From: an uncultured bacterium
Lineage (GTDB): Bacteria; Bacillota_I; Bacilli_A; RFN20; CAG-826
Direction of reading: 5' to 3'
NCBI GenBank assembly: GCA_949297305.1
Contig: CASFSG010000025.1
Span: forward strand, 12,574 to 76,573
DNA: 64,000 nucleotides
The position numbers and the translations under genes are program-made. Below the pieces are notes generated by a model that saw nothing but the letters and a program-made list of their open reading frames with translations, was not told the origin of the DNA and did not search any database. This document shows positions 1 through 9,359 of the stretch, piece after piece. Each line of letters begins with the position of its first letter. Positions within the stretch are counted from its first letter, which is position 1.

Positions 1-1
1 G

Positions 2-277
2 CTAGGTATTGAGGCTATTGTCACCGTTGCCTTTGGTTGGATTGTAATTTATGGCATCGTCTTTTCGCTCATTTCTCTTGTCTCTTCAATTATTGGCTTA
101 ATTTTTTCAAAGAAAGGCTTAAATAGCGCATCTTTAAAAGTTATAAAATTAAAAAAGGCTGGCTTAATCATCAATATCATCACGCTTATTGCTTCAATTA
201 TCTTCTTCATCATATCTATTATTTTAACGATTATATTTTTGAATTATTTGGCCGATAACGGAACTTCCGCTTCTTAA
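2..277 (+). CDS. small polytopic membrane protein, 3' part (5' end outside the window); paralog of the next gene
   Basis: Frame is open from the window edge to TAA at 275-277. Hand translation LGIEAIVTVAFGWIVIYGIVFSLISLVSSIIGLIFSKKG...IISIILTIIFLNYLADNGTSAS is collinear with the C-terminal two thirds of the 292..693 product (SIIGLIF/SIVGLIF and ISIIL motifs). Confidence 0.6.
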   Translation, partial: LGIEAIVTVAFGWIVIYGIVFSLISLVSSIIGLIFSKKGLNSASLKVIKLKKAGLIINIITLIASIIFFIISIILTIIFLNYLADNGTSAS

Positions 278-291
278 AAGAGGGTTAAAAA

Positions 292-693
292 ATGACTGAA
301 GAAGAAAAAGTTAACGAAGTAATTGATGTTACTAAAGAAACAAATAGTGAAAACAATTCCCAACCTCCACGAAAAAGATGGAATATTTATGATACTTTAG
401 GAGTGGTGGGATTTGGTGTTGGAATTGAATCTATCTCTTTGGCTAGTGTTGCTTTCGCTCCTTTTTATGGCTTAATCTTTGGTCCGATTACAATTGCTTT
501 ATCAATCGTTGGCCTCATCTTTGAAATTAAAGCGAAAGAAAACTCTCCCGAAAGACTTAGACCATTAAAAATCGCTGGATATTATATCAATTTAGTGACA
601 ATTATCTTAGCTAGTGTTTTCTTGCTTATTTCAATTATTTTAACTGTACTTGGTTCGTTAGGCATCATTGAACAAATTGGGGCAAGTGCTTAA
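292..693 (+). CDS. small membrane protein with a hydrophilic N-terminus and 3-4 predicted TM helices; unknown function
   Basis: 133-aa ORF. AGAGGG RBS-like purine run sits just upstream (around 279-285). Hydrophobic segments are visible. It is a tandem paralog of the truncated upstream ORF. Confidence 0.6.
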   Translation: MTEEEKVNEVIDVTKETNSENNSQPPRKRWNIYDTLGVVGFGVGIESISLASVAFAPFYGLIFGPITIALSIVGLIFEIKAKENSPERLRPLKIAGYYINLVTIILASVFLLISIILTVLGSLGIIEQIGASA

Positions 694-753
694 AAATTTT
701 GGTTAACATAATATTTATTTGCTATTAAAATCAGAAGATTTTATAATTTTTTT

Positions 754-1953
754 GTGACTAAAATAATAGGACATATCGATTTAAACGCCTTCTTTGTTCG
801 TTGCGAAGAACTGCGCGATCCTTCTTTAATTGGGAAAGCGGTAGCGATTGGTCATCGCGGGCGCGGCGGAATCATTTCTACTTGTTCATATAAAGCGAGA
901 GAATATGGCGTTCATAGTGGTCAACCAACGTTTGAAGCTTTAAAGAAATGTCCTTCCTTAATTTTAATCGATGGTCATTATCACCTTTATGAAGAAAAAT
1001 CGCAGGAGTTCTTTCGTTATTTAAAACAATATTCTTCTTTGATTGAAAAGGCCAGCGTCGATGAATGCTACATCGATTTAACTAGTTATTTAGCGAAAGA
1101 AAAAGAACCTCTTAAAAAAATTAAAGAAATTCAAGATGGACTACTAGCAAAGACCGGTTTAATGTGTTCAATTGGCATCTCGATTAATAAATTTTTAGCG
1201 AAGATGGGTAGCGACCTCCATAAGCCGATGGGAATAACCATCATTCATAAAAAGGATATTCCCAAGTTGCTCTATCCGTTAAAAATCGATGATTTTTTCG
1301 GCATTGGTAAAAAGACGACCCCAAAATTAAAAGCCTTAGGAATTTTAACTATTGGTGATTTAGCTAAGAAATTAATCGCTGACGATGAAGAAATGAGACG
1401 TTTTTTTGGAAAAAACTTCTATACTTATCGCGATTTAATTTTAGGAAAGGGTAGCGATGAAATTATCACATTCGATGAAGACGCAAAATCGTTAGGCCAT
1501 TCAAAAACTTTAAGTGAAGATTTGTTAACTTATGAAGAATTAGTTCCCCATTTAATCGAATTAACTAAACAAGCCGTCAATGAAATAATAAAAGAAAATT
1601 ACCTCGCTAAAACTGTCCAAATCACTTTGAAAGATCATAATTTTAAAACGATTACTCGCTCAAAGAAACTCGATGAGTATTGCGCTAGCATCGATAAAAT
1701 TTTGCCGGTAGTTGAAAGCTTACTCATGAAAAATCTTCCTAATGAGCCAATCCGTTTAGTAGGAGTGACTTTGCAAGAGTTAGTAGCGAAAAACGAAGCA
1801 ATTATTCAATTATCTTTATTTGATAATTATGAAGAAATTGAGGAAGAATGTCGCACAAAATTATTAATCAACGAACTAAATCGTCGTTTAAAGAAACCAT
1901 CTTTAACAACTTTAGGAGAAATATATAAAGAGAAAAAGTATGGAATTAAGTGA
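754..1953 (+). CDS. dinB: DNA polymerase IV (Y-family translesion polymerase)
   Basis: GTG start. N-terminal IGHIDLNAFF..CEE motif, SVDECYIDLT catalytic acidic motif, and ISINKFLAKMGSDLHKP, all typical of DinB/UmuC. Confidence 0.9.
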   Translation: MTKIIGHIDLNAFFVRCEELRDPSLIGKAVAIGHRGRGGIISTCSYKAREYGVHSGQPTFEALKKCPSLILIDGHYHLYEEKSQEFFRYLKQYSSLIEKASVDECYIDLTSYLAKEKEPLKKIKEIQDGLLAKTGLMCSIGISINKFLAKMGSDLHKPMGITIIHKKDIPKLLYPLKIDDFFGIGKKTTPKLKALGILTIGDLAKKLIADDEEMRRFFGKNFYTYRDLILGKGSDEIITFDEDAKSLGHSKTLSEDLLTYEELVPHLIELTKQAVNEIIKENYLAKTVQITLKDHNFKTITRSKKLDEYCASIDKILPVVESLLMKNLPNEPIRLVGVTLQELVAKNEAIIQLSLFDNYEEIEEECRTKLLINELNRRLKKPSLTTLGEIYKEKKYGIK

Positions 1954-2821
1954 TGCAATCGATAATTTTTTTCAATATCTTCGCGTAGAAAAAGGAATCA
2001 GCGAAGAAACTTTAAAATCTTATCAATATGATTTAAAGAAGTTCTTTTTAACTTTCCCTAATAAGCGTCGTTTAGAAGATTTATCACCTTTAGATATCAA
2101 TGATTTCATCAAAATCCAAAGCAAAGAGAATTTAGCTACCTCTTCGATTTTAAGACGATTATCAGTGATGAAGAATTTTTATCTATTTTTAGAAAGAGAA
2201 CATCTCATCGATTTTAACAATATCGCAATTCATTCACCTAAAGCGCCTAAACGTCTACCATACGCTTTAACAATTAGAGAAGTTGAAGCTCTTTTAGATG
2301 CTCCAAAGATTGAAAAAAAGGACGAACTACGCGACAAGGCGATGCTTGAAACGATGTATTCTAGTGGGTTGAGGGTTAGCGAACTTCTCGCGCTTCCTTT
2401 AGGTAAAATTAATTTTACTCAAGGTATCATCGAAATTAGAGGAAAGGGCGACAAAATGCGACGCATCCCAATCGGTGAATATGCCCTAGAATATATTAAT
2501 CGTTACATTTTAGAAGTAAGAAATAAAAATCCTGGTCGGCAAAAATCTTATTTGTTTTTAAATCGATATGGCGAAAAGTTATCGCGACAATATTTCTTTA
2601 AACGCGTGAAAGTGTACGCTAAAAGGGCAAACATCGAAGTTAATGTTTCTCCGCATATTTTAAGGCACTCATTTGCCACTCACCTATTAGAAAATGGTGC
2701 CGAACTTAGAGCCGTGCAAGAAATGCTTGGACATGCAAATTTAGCGACGACAGAAATATATACAAATATTTCTACGCGGCGAATTTTAAGTGCATATGAT
2801 TTGTTTAGCAAAAGAAAATGA
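1940..2821 (+). CDS. xerD: tyrosine site-specific recombinase, XerC/XerD family
   Basis: N-terminal SAM-like core-binding domain (FLxYLxVEKGxSxxT). C-terminal RHSFATHLLENGAELRAVQEMLGHANLATTEIYT carries the R..HxxR..Y catalytic residues. XerC cannot be told from XerD by eye. Confidence 0.8.
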   Translation: MELSDAIDNFFQYLRVEKGISEETLKSYQYDLKKFFLTFPNKRRLEDLSPLDINDFIKIQSKENLATSSILRRLSVMKNFYLFLEREHLIDFNNIAIHSPKAPKRLPYALTIREVEALLDAPKIEKKDELRDKAMLETMYSSGLRVSELLALPLGKINFTQGIIEIRGKGDKMRRIPIGEYALEYINRYILEVRNKNPGRQKSYLFLNRYGEKLSRQYFFKRVKVYAKRANIEVNVSPHILRHSFATHLLENGAELRAVQEMLGHANLATTEIYTNISTRRILSAYDLFSKRK

Positions 2822-2853
2822 TTTAATATTTACACTAGAAAGGGGAATAAAAA

Positions 2854-4050
2854 TTGAAATACAAAAGAATCTTCTTAATTGTCATGGATAGCGTTGGCAT
2901 CGGAGAAATGCCAGATGCTAAAAAATATAATGATGAAGGAGCAAATACTTTTAAACACACCTCTGAAAGTGTTGGTGGCTTAAATATTCCTCATCTCAAT
3001 AGTTTAGGCATTGCCGATTTAGATGATATTAAAGGAACGAGCATCACCATTCATCCACATAGTTATTCGATGCGTTTACTCGAAGAAAGTAATGGCAAGG
3101 ATACGATGACTGGCCACTGGGAAATGATGGGGATATATACCACTAAACCATTTATAACTTTTACCGATACTGGTTTCCCACAAGCTTTAATCAGCGAGTT
3201 AGAAGAAAAAACCGGTCATAAAATCATCGGCAATAAAGCTGCAAGCGGAACTGAAATATTAAAAGAACTCGGCGAGGAACAAATGCGCGATAATTCCTTA
3301 ATTGTTTATACGAGCGCTGACAGCGTTTTACAAATTGCCGCAAGCGAAGAAGTGACCGGTTTAGATGAACTTTATCGTTGTTGCGAAATCGCTCGAGAAA
3401 TATGTCTTAGACCAGAATATTATGTTGGTAGAGTTATTGCCCGTCCGTTTATCGGTAATAGCCCAGAAACTTTTAAAAGAACCGCCAATCGCCACGACTT
3501 AGCACTTTCTCCTAGCGGCATAACCGCCATGAACATTTTAAAAGATCATGGCTATACTGTGTCTTGCGTAGGAAAAATCGCTGATATATTCAACAATAGT
3601 GGTGTCACTAAAACCGTGAAAACAATTTCTAATATCGACGGAATGGATAAAACGATTGAACAAGTTAAAAATGATGATTATACCGGTTTATGCTTCGTAA
3701 ATTTAGTTGAATTTGATAGCGAATATGGTCATCGGAGAAATCCGATTGGCTATGCAAAAGCCATCGAAGAATTCGATGTTAAATTAGGTCAATTAATAAG
3801 CGAATTAAAAGATGATGATTTATTGATGATTACTGCCGATCATGGTAATGATCCGATCCATCATGGCACCGACCATACCCGCGAAAAAGTGCCACTATTA
3901 ATTTATAATAAAAACTTTAAAAATGGTCACTATTTAGGCGAAAGAAACTCTTTTGCTGATATTGGAGCAACAATTTTAGCTAATTTCAATTTGAAGAAAG
4001 ATCAAACGATGATTGGAAAAGTCATCGAGGAGGTGCTAACGAATGAATAA
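2854..4050 (+). CDS. deoB: phosphopentomutase
   Basis: TTG start after a GAAAGGGG RBS. Motifs RIFLIVMDSVGIGEMPDA, GKDTMTGHWEMMG and ITADHGNDP...HTRE are typical of DeoB. Confidence 0.9.
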   Translation: MKYKRIFLIVMDSVGIGEMPDAKKYNDEGANTFKHTSESVGGLNIPHLNSLGIADLDDIKGTSITIHPHSYSMRLLEESNGKDTMTGHWEMMGIYTTKPFITFTDTGFPQALISELEEKTGHKIIGNKAASGTEILKELGEEQMRDNSLIVYTSADSVLQIAASEEVTGLDELYRCCEIAREICLRPEYYVGRVIARPFIGNSPETFKRTANRHDLALSPSGITAMNILKDHGYTVSCVGKIADIFNNSGVTKTVKTISNIDGMDKTIEQVKNDDYTGLCFVNLVEFDSEYGHRRNPIGYAKAIEEFDVKLGQLISELKDDDLLMITADHGNDPIHHGTDHTREKVPLLIYNKNFKNGHYLGERNSFADIGATILANFNLKKDQTMIGKVIEEVLTNE

Positions 4051-5050
4051 ATCTTTTATTATATTATTGCCACTAGTAATGGTAGGGCTTACTAGTTGCC
4101 CGACAAGCGAAAATAGTAGTGGAAGCACTAGTTTAACTAACGAAGAACCATTAAAATTCATCTCGCCAGCTGGCGCACCAGCCTTGGCGTTCTTTAATCA
4201 AGGAAACAATGAAAATTATGTGACAAATTCAACACCAACAAACGTTGCAGCAGAGCTACAAAAAAGCGAATACGATATGGTTATATTCGATAGCATCAGT
4301 GGTTTAAATACAATTCGCAATAAAGAATTGGATTTTAAATTAGCTCAAATTATCACTGGAGGAAATTTTTATTTAGCCGGAATTGATATTAAAGATGAAG
4401 CGACGCCAAATAGCGAGAGTTATGTTGTTAGCTTTGGCGAAAATTTAATCCCTGATTTAGTTTGGCGTTCTTTAGTGGACGATTATTGGCAAATTCCTAA
4501 TTTAGAAACGCATTATGTCAATTCGAACGAAGAAGCTCGCGCCATCTTAGCTAGCGGAATGCATAATGGTAATCCAGTTGACTATGTTTTTATTGCTCAA
4601 CCAGCTCTATTTGCTGTAATGAATAGCCCAGATGCTTCAACTTATGGCCGCGTTTCAATTATTAAGAATATTCGCCAAGAGTGGAAAGCGTATAGCGGGC
4701 AAGACGCAATTCCACAAGCCGGTATTTTTGTTCGTGAAAGCGTCTTAACTACTAAACCAAATAATTTAAAAACTTTCTTTAATGATTTAGACGATCGTTT
4801 ATTGACGGCGATTAATAATCCGCAAGAAGTCCGCGATGCTTTAAATGCCTATAATAGCGACTTAGTAGCCCAACAAGCTCGTTTTGGTTTTAATGGCAAT
4901 GTCGCTTATAATGTCCAAAAAGATCAAGCGAATGGTTTCGGTTTAGTTGCTCCTAGCGAAACAGTCGATGTCAATACATTTTTAGCAAAAATCAATAATC
5001 CAAATTATCCCGCCTTTAGTGAGGATTATTTCATCGAAATTACCCGCTAA
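4043..5050 (+). CDS. lipoprotein, probable ABC-transporter substrate-binding component (NitT/TauT/ThiY-like placement)
   Basis: Signal peptide with lipobox MVGLTSC. Start overlaps the deoB stop. The gene lies directly upstream of an ABC permease gene. Ligand unknown. Confidence 0.55.
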   Translation: MNKSFIILLPLVMVGLTSCPTSENSSGSTSLTNEEPLKFISPAGAPALAFFNQGNNENYVTNSTPTNVAAELQKSEYDMVIFDSISGLNTIRNKELDFKLAQIITGGNFYLAGIDIKDEATPNSESYVVSFGENLIPDLVWRSLVDDYWQIPNLETHYVNSNEEARAILASGMHNGNPVDYVFIAQPALFAVMNSPDASTYGRVSIIKNIRQEWKAYSGQDAIPQAGIFVRESVLTTKPNNLKTFFNDLDDRLLTAINNPQEVRDALNAYNSDLVAQQARFGFNGNVAYNVQKDQANGFGLVAPSETVDVNTFLAKINNPNYPAFSEDYFIEITR

Positions 5051-5052
5051 GA

Positions 5053-5835
5053 ATGAAAGAAAAGATTAAAGCCGCTTACAAAAAATATAAAGCTCTAATA
5101 TATATTATATTAGGAATAATTGCTTTTATTCTCTTGTGGTGGCTTTTATCACTAACACTAAAGACTTCTTTATTACCTTCACCGCTTAAAGTAATTGTTA
5201 GTTTAGGTCCTTTACTAGCAGATTCTTATACTTATATATCGATTGGTTGGACCTTACTTAGATTATTTACTAGCGTAGTAGTGGGCTTTGTTTTAGGCTC
5301 CATTTTAGGGATATTTGGAGCCTTAAATAAAGCTTTCTATAATTTTATGCGACCTTTCATTATCGTTTTAAGAACTTTACCAACAGCGACGATTATCTAT
5401 TTAATTATCGCTTTATCGCGAACAGTAATCGCCCCGTTTATCATCGTCTTTTTAATTGTCTTTCCGTTATGTTATGAGGCGTTAATTAGCGGAATAAAAA
5501 GCATTGATGAAAATATCATCATGGCTTTAAAAATCGATGGTACAAAGACTTTACGCGCGATTTATCGCATCTACCTCCCATTAGCGTGGCCTAATCTAAT
5601 ACTTGGCCTTGTCACCTCGTTAGGTTTAGGAATGAAAGTCTGCATCATGGCAGAAATCTTATCGGGCGATAATATTCCTGGTTTAGGAAGATTGATTTAT
5701 TTATATTATATGAATGTTGATATGGATAATATCTTAGCAATTTCTTTAATTGCAATTATTTTAATTGGTTTAACCGATATCGCCATTCATTACGCAAAAA
5801 AATTATTGCAGAAATATACGACAAAAAACGGTTAA
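5053..5835 (+). CDS. ABC transporter permease (BPD-type, SsuC/TauC/ThiX-like)
   Basis: Six hydrophobic segments. EAA-loop-like ALKIDGTKTLRAIYRIYLPLAWPNLILG. The start is 3 nt after the lipoprotein gene stop. Confidence 0.75.
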   Translation: MKEKIKAAYKKYKALIYIILGIIAFILLWWLLSLTLKTSLLPSPLKVIVSLGPLLADSYTYISIGWTLLRLFTSVVVGFVLGSILGIFGALNKAFYNFMRPFIIVLRTLPTATIIYLIIALSRTVIAPFIIVFLIVFPLCYEALISGIKSIDENIIMALKIDGTKTLRAIYRIYLPLAWPNLILGLVTSLGLGMKVCIMAEILSGDNIPGLGRLIYLYYMNVDMDNILAISLIAIILIGLTDIAIHYAKKLLQKYTTKNG

Positions 5836-6220
5836 AAATTATGTCTAAATATTAATTATCATTATAAAATAAATTGTAGCCTTCTACATAAATATTTATA
5901 AATAAAGAGTGATAGTGATAGCAAAATATATATTTTTGAATTTTCTTAATAAAAATAGGGTAGAGCAGTGGTAAAAAGAAAAAATATCCAAAAAAAATCG
6001 TTACTAAAACAAGAGACGACATCGTCAATAATAAAATTTATTAGTAGTATTTTAGTATTAAATTAGTTAAATATAATATGTGGAAAAGTGGTAGTTATCG
6101 GAAAGCGTGGCAGCACTATTATTTATATAAAAAGAGATAAAATCACGATACAATCAGTATTTATTATATTTTGGTTAACATAATGACACTTATGCGAAGT
6201 ATTGTATAATTCGAGTAAAT

Positions 6221-6553
6221 TTAATTATATTTCTGATTTAATAACTCATCCAAAGAGATACGATTTCTTTCTTCTTCGGTAAAGATGTTGATTATACAAT
6301 GATAAGCATCGATTAAAATCCAAGTCGATTCTAAGGAACCTTCGACATGATTATATGGAATATTATTTTTAGCGAATGCTTCAATGATGCTTTCTTTTAA
6401 TGCGTTAACATGTCGGACGTTTAAGCCGTTTGCTAATATGTATGTGTCCGCAAAAGGCGTTTTATCTCTCACGTCAATTATCACAATTTCTTCTGCCTTA
6501 TGTTCGTTTAATGTTTTTTTAACTAAAGCTGTTACTTTTTCTAATCTGGGCAT
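6221..6553 (-). CDS. rsfS: ribosomal silencing factor RsfS (iojap family)
   Basis: 110 aa with AEEIVIIDVRDKTPFADTYILANG...W.LIDAYHCIINIF, typical of RsfS. Its position after nadD/yqeK matches the Bacillus yqe operon. Confidence 0.85.
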   Translation of the reverse strand: MPRLEKVTALVKKTLNEHKAEEIVIIDVRDKTPFADTYILANGLNVRHVNALKESIIEAFAKNNIPYNHVEGSLESTWILIDAYHCIINIFTEEERNRISLDELLNQKYN

Positions 6554-7675
6554 TTATTTTTCTCCTTTGTTTAAATACATTGTAAAACACGCCTGCGTCA
6601 AACGATTATAAATATCTTTATGATGATTCAGTAAATATTTCCTGTTATCAATTAAGGTATCGATAAAGCCTTGATAATAATTTTTTAATGCGCTACTTAT
6701 TAACCAAGTCGAATCAAATCCTCGCGTCGGTTCTATTTTATCTGATAAATATGTAATCATGCCAATTTCATCCATTTCATCAATTCCAGTGCAATGAAAT
6801 TCAATCGCTCTTAAGATATGTTCATTCTTAATTCCAATCATTTCTTTTGCAATATAATGCCCTACAAACTGATGATAAGTAAAAAAAGGTAAATCGATAT
6901 ATTGTGGATAATATTTAAACATGATTTCTTGCATTTGATCGCTATCAAAATATTTTGTTTTACCTAAATCGTGAAGCAATGCTGCAATATAATAATTTTC
7001 TTTATTAGGTAAATTATTACTGATTGCAATTGCTAAAGCTAATCTTGCTACGCTTAAGGAATGTTGATATCGATGATCATCAATTATGTATTTATTTAAT
7101 ATATTATCCATATAATATAGATTATGGTTCTCAATATATTCTCTAACGCCTTCTATTTCATCAATTTTTTCTAATTGACGAATCTCCGTTGATGAAATAT
7201 CTGGAATTTTTTTATCGACAATTTTAATCATTTGATACTTCTTGACTATTTTTTCGTCGATATCGAGATTAACGCGAGGAAAAAAGATAATCTGTACTAA
7301 TTTACTGATTAGCAATCCTTCTTTCCAATCATCAAATTTATTCACTTGGTCGGCACCAATTAAAAAATAAATCTTGCGTTTGGGATATAAATCTAAAAAA
7401 TATTTAATGGTATCGATTGAGTAATTAATTTCTTCATCTTTAGTTAGTTCATATTCGCTATACGAATAATCATTTTCATCTAAATCTTTTAAAGCAATTT
7501 TTAACATCGCTAGCCGTTTGTCATCCGAGGCGTTAACATTTTTCCATCGCGGTCTTTTAGCTAAAATAAAAATTACCTGCGCATCAAATAAATCATGCGC
7601 ATATTTCGCCATCAAGATATGTCCTTGATGAATCGGATCAAATGAACCACCAAAAAGGACGATATTATCTTTCAT
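6554..7675 (-). CDS. nadD: fusion protein: nicotinate-nucleotide adenylyltransferase (NadD) plus HD-domain YqeK (Ap4A hydrolase family)
   Basis: N-terminus GGSFDPIHQGH (the HxGH nucleotidyltransferase motif) and ISSTEIR. C-terminal half has HSLSVARLA...LLHDLGK (HD domain, YqeK-like). Single uninterrupted 373-aa ORF. Confidence 0.85.
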   Translation of the reverse strand: MKDNIVLFGGSFDPIHQGHILMAKYAHDLFDAQVIFILAKRPRWKNVNASDDKRLAMLKIALKDLDENDYSYSEYELTKDEEINYSIDTIKYFLDLYPKRKIYFLIGADQVNKFDDWKEGLLISKLVQIIFFPRVNLDIDEKIVKKYQMIKIVDKKIPDISSTEIRQLEKIDEIEGVREYIENHNLYYMDNILNKYIIDDHRYQHSLSVARLALAIAISNNLPNKENYYIAALLHDLGKTKYFDSDQMQEIMFKYYPQYIDLPFFTYHQFVGHYIAKEMIGIKNEHILRAIEFHCTGIDEMDEIGMITYLSDKIEPTRGFDSTWLISSALKNYYQGFIDTLIDNRKYLLNHHKDIYNRLTQACFTMYLNKGEK

Positions 7676-8838
7676 TAACGCAATCTTTTATCAACAATTT
7701 TTGGACGCGAAGTATAGACGGAAACATTGTGAGGAACATAGATTCTAAAGACTTGTTTATGAGCGACAAAAGAGAACCATCCAAAGCCTAAAATGCCGAT
7801 GTCGCGTTGATTTGTTTCATCGACATAAATTTCATAAACCGTCATATCTTTTAATGAATTCATCGCCTTCAAGGCAGGTGTTAAAGCACCTTTAGCAATC
7901 AATTCAAAAAAGATCTCATCAACGCTATTTTTATGACGCGGCGCGATCTTTTTATAAGTGATTTTATTCGGGCGGAAATATAAAGATAAATTATTTAAAT
8001 CTTTTTCGCTACTGACGAGTTCAATCATCGCATATCCACCTAAACAAATAGCTTGGTTTTTACTGAGTAAAACGCCCTTTTTCTCGCAACCACGACTCGA
8101 TAAATATAAATCGATTGTCGAAGCATCAAGTTTTGCCAAAAGAGAATTATCATTACTAATCCCAGGAGTGTCATACATGTATGTATCATCGTCGAGAGGA
8201 ATCATCATGACACGCACCTTTGTATTCTTGTAATTTTTAGTCATAATCATCCCTTTAGATAAATTGTGATAGACACGTAAAAAGGCATTAATTAAGGAAG
8301 TTTTACCAGAATATTTTGGACCGATAACATAAGTATTATGCCCTTGACGCATTTCTTGAATTGTTTCGATGATTTCGCGGTTAACTTCATCGTTAGATTC
8401 GCTAGTAACCATCACTTTATCGACATGTAAATCGACTGCGCGAAAACGATGAGCGACATATTCTTCAATTGTTTCATCTTTTAAGTCGTTAGGTAAAAGG
8501 TCGCGCTTATTAGCAACAACGAGAATTTTATTATTTTTAATTAAACTATTTAATTTCGAATTAAAGGAAGCTTCAAAAGAAAATAAATTGATGACATAGA
8601 CAATTAATGATTGATTGTTTTTAGCGTCCATCACTAAAGAATAATATTCATCGTCGAGTTCTGGTTCGTTAGGACGCGCGTGAAATTTTTCTTTTTCAAA
8701 ACATTCATCGCAAAAGACAAAATTTAGTAAAGGATTGTCTAAAATTTCTTTTTTGACATAACCCTTTTCATTTGGGTTATCACTTTGTAGTAAAGTTCCG
8801 CAGTTATAACATTTTCTTACTTGGGCAAAATCACTCAT
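7675..8838 (-). CDS. yqeH: ribosome biogenesis GTPase YqeH (circularly permuted GTPase)
   Basis: N-terminal Zn-ribbon CYNCG...CDEC. Permuted G motifs ANKRDLL (G4) come before GPKYSGKTSLIN (G1). Synteny with yqeG. Confidence 0.85.
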   Translation of the reverse strand: MSDFAQVRKCYNCGTLLQSDNPNEKGYVKKEILDNPLLNFVFCDECFEKEKFHARPNEPELDDEYYSLVMDAKNNQSLIVYVINLFSFEASFNSKLNSLIKNNKILVVANKRDLLPNDLKDETIEEYVAHRFRAVDLHVDKVMVTSESNDEVNREIIETIQEMRQGHNTYVIGPKYSGKTSLINAFLRVYHNLSKGMIMTKNYKNTKVRVMMIPLDDDTYMYDTPGISNDNSLLAKLDASTIDLYLSSRGCEKKGVLLSKNQAICLGGYAMIELVSSEKDLNNLSLYFRPNKITYKKIAPRHKNSVDEIFFELIAKGALTPALKAMNSLKDMTVYEIYVDETNQRDIGILGFGWFSFVAHKQVFRIYVPHNVSVYTSRPKIVDKRLR

Positions 8839-9358
8839 ATAATTCCCTCCAATTCTTCAATAAATTTTTCTTTTTTAAATATTTTCTTAACGGACGATCA
8901 AGCAAGCGATTAAAATGGGTGGTGAATTGATCCTCGCGCACCAATTTATCAGTTAAGATAACTTTAATATTCGCCCCATTAGCCGCAACAACATCAGTGA
9001 CAACTTGATCCCCTATCATCATAACATTATTTTTATTTATTTTCGCTTCTTTTAATAATTTATTTAATCTACGTGCGAAAGGTTTTCTTAAAGAAGAAAA
9101 ACATTCCACACCTAATTCTTTCGCGTAAGTAAAAACGCGTTTAGAAGAATTGTTGCTGACAATAATCATCTTTATCCCGATGTCAAGCAATTTTTTCTTT
9201 AATTCAAAAACTTTTGGTGTCGGTAATTTTTGTCGATAAGAATCGAGAGTGTTATCTAAATCAGTAAGAAGATACTGAATATTATTTTTAGCGAAAAAAT
9301 TTAAATCGATATCATAAAGTGACGAGGCATAGGCGTAAGGAATAATTTTTTTGCACAT
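8831..9358 (-). CDS. yqeG: YqeG-family HAD phosphatase
   Basis: DLDNTL HAD motif I, IVSNNS motif II and GDQVVTD motif IV. Conserved position upstream of yqeH. Confidence 0.8.
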   Translation of the reverse strand: MCKKIIPYAYASSLYDIDLNFFAKNNIQYLLTDLDNTLDSYRQKLPTPKVFELKKKLLDIGIKMIIVSNNSSKRVFTYAKELGVECFSSLRKPFARRLNKLLKEAKINKNNVMMIGDQVVTDVVAANGANIKVILTDKLVREDQFTTHFNRLLDRPLRKYLKKKNLLKNWRELYE

Positions 9359-9359
9359 A

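Noticed and set aside
696-712. Exact 17-nt repeat ATTTTGGTTAACATAAT at 696-712 and 6168-6184, both intergenic, containing a GTTAAC palindrome
   Set aside because: My rough estimate, using assumed AT-rich base frequencies over about 2e9 position pairs, gives roughly one chance 17-mer match in a window this size. There is no third copy and no flanking similarity. It is only worth revisiting if a genome-wide count shows enrichment.
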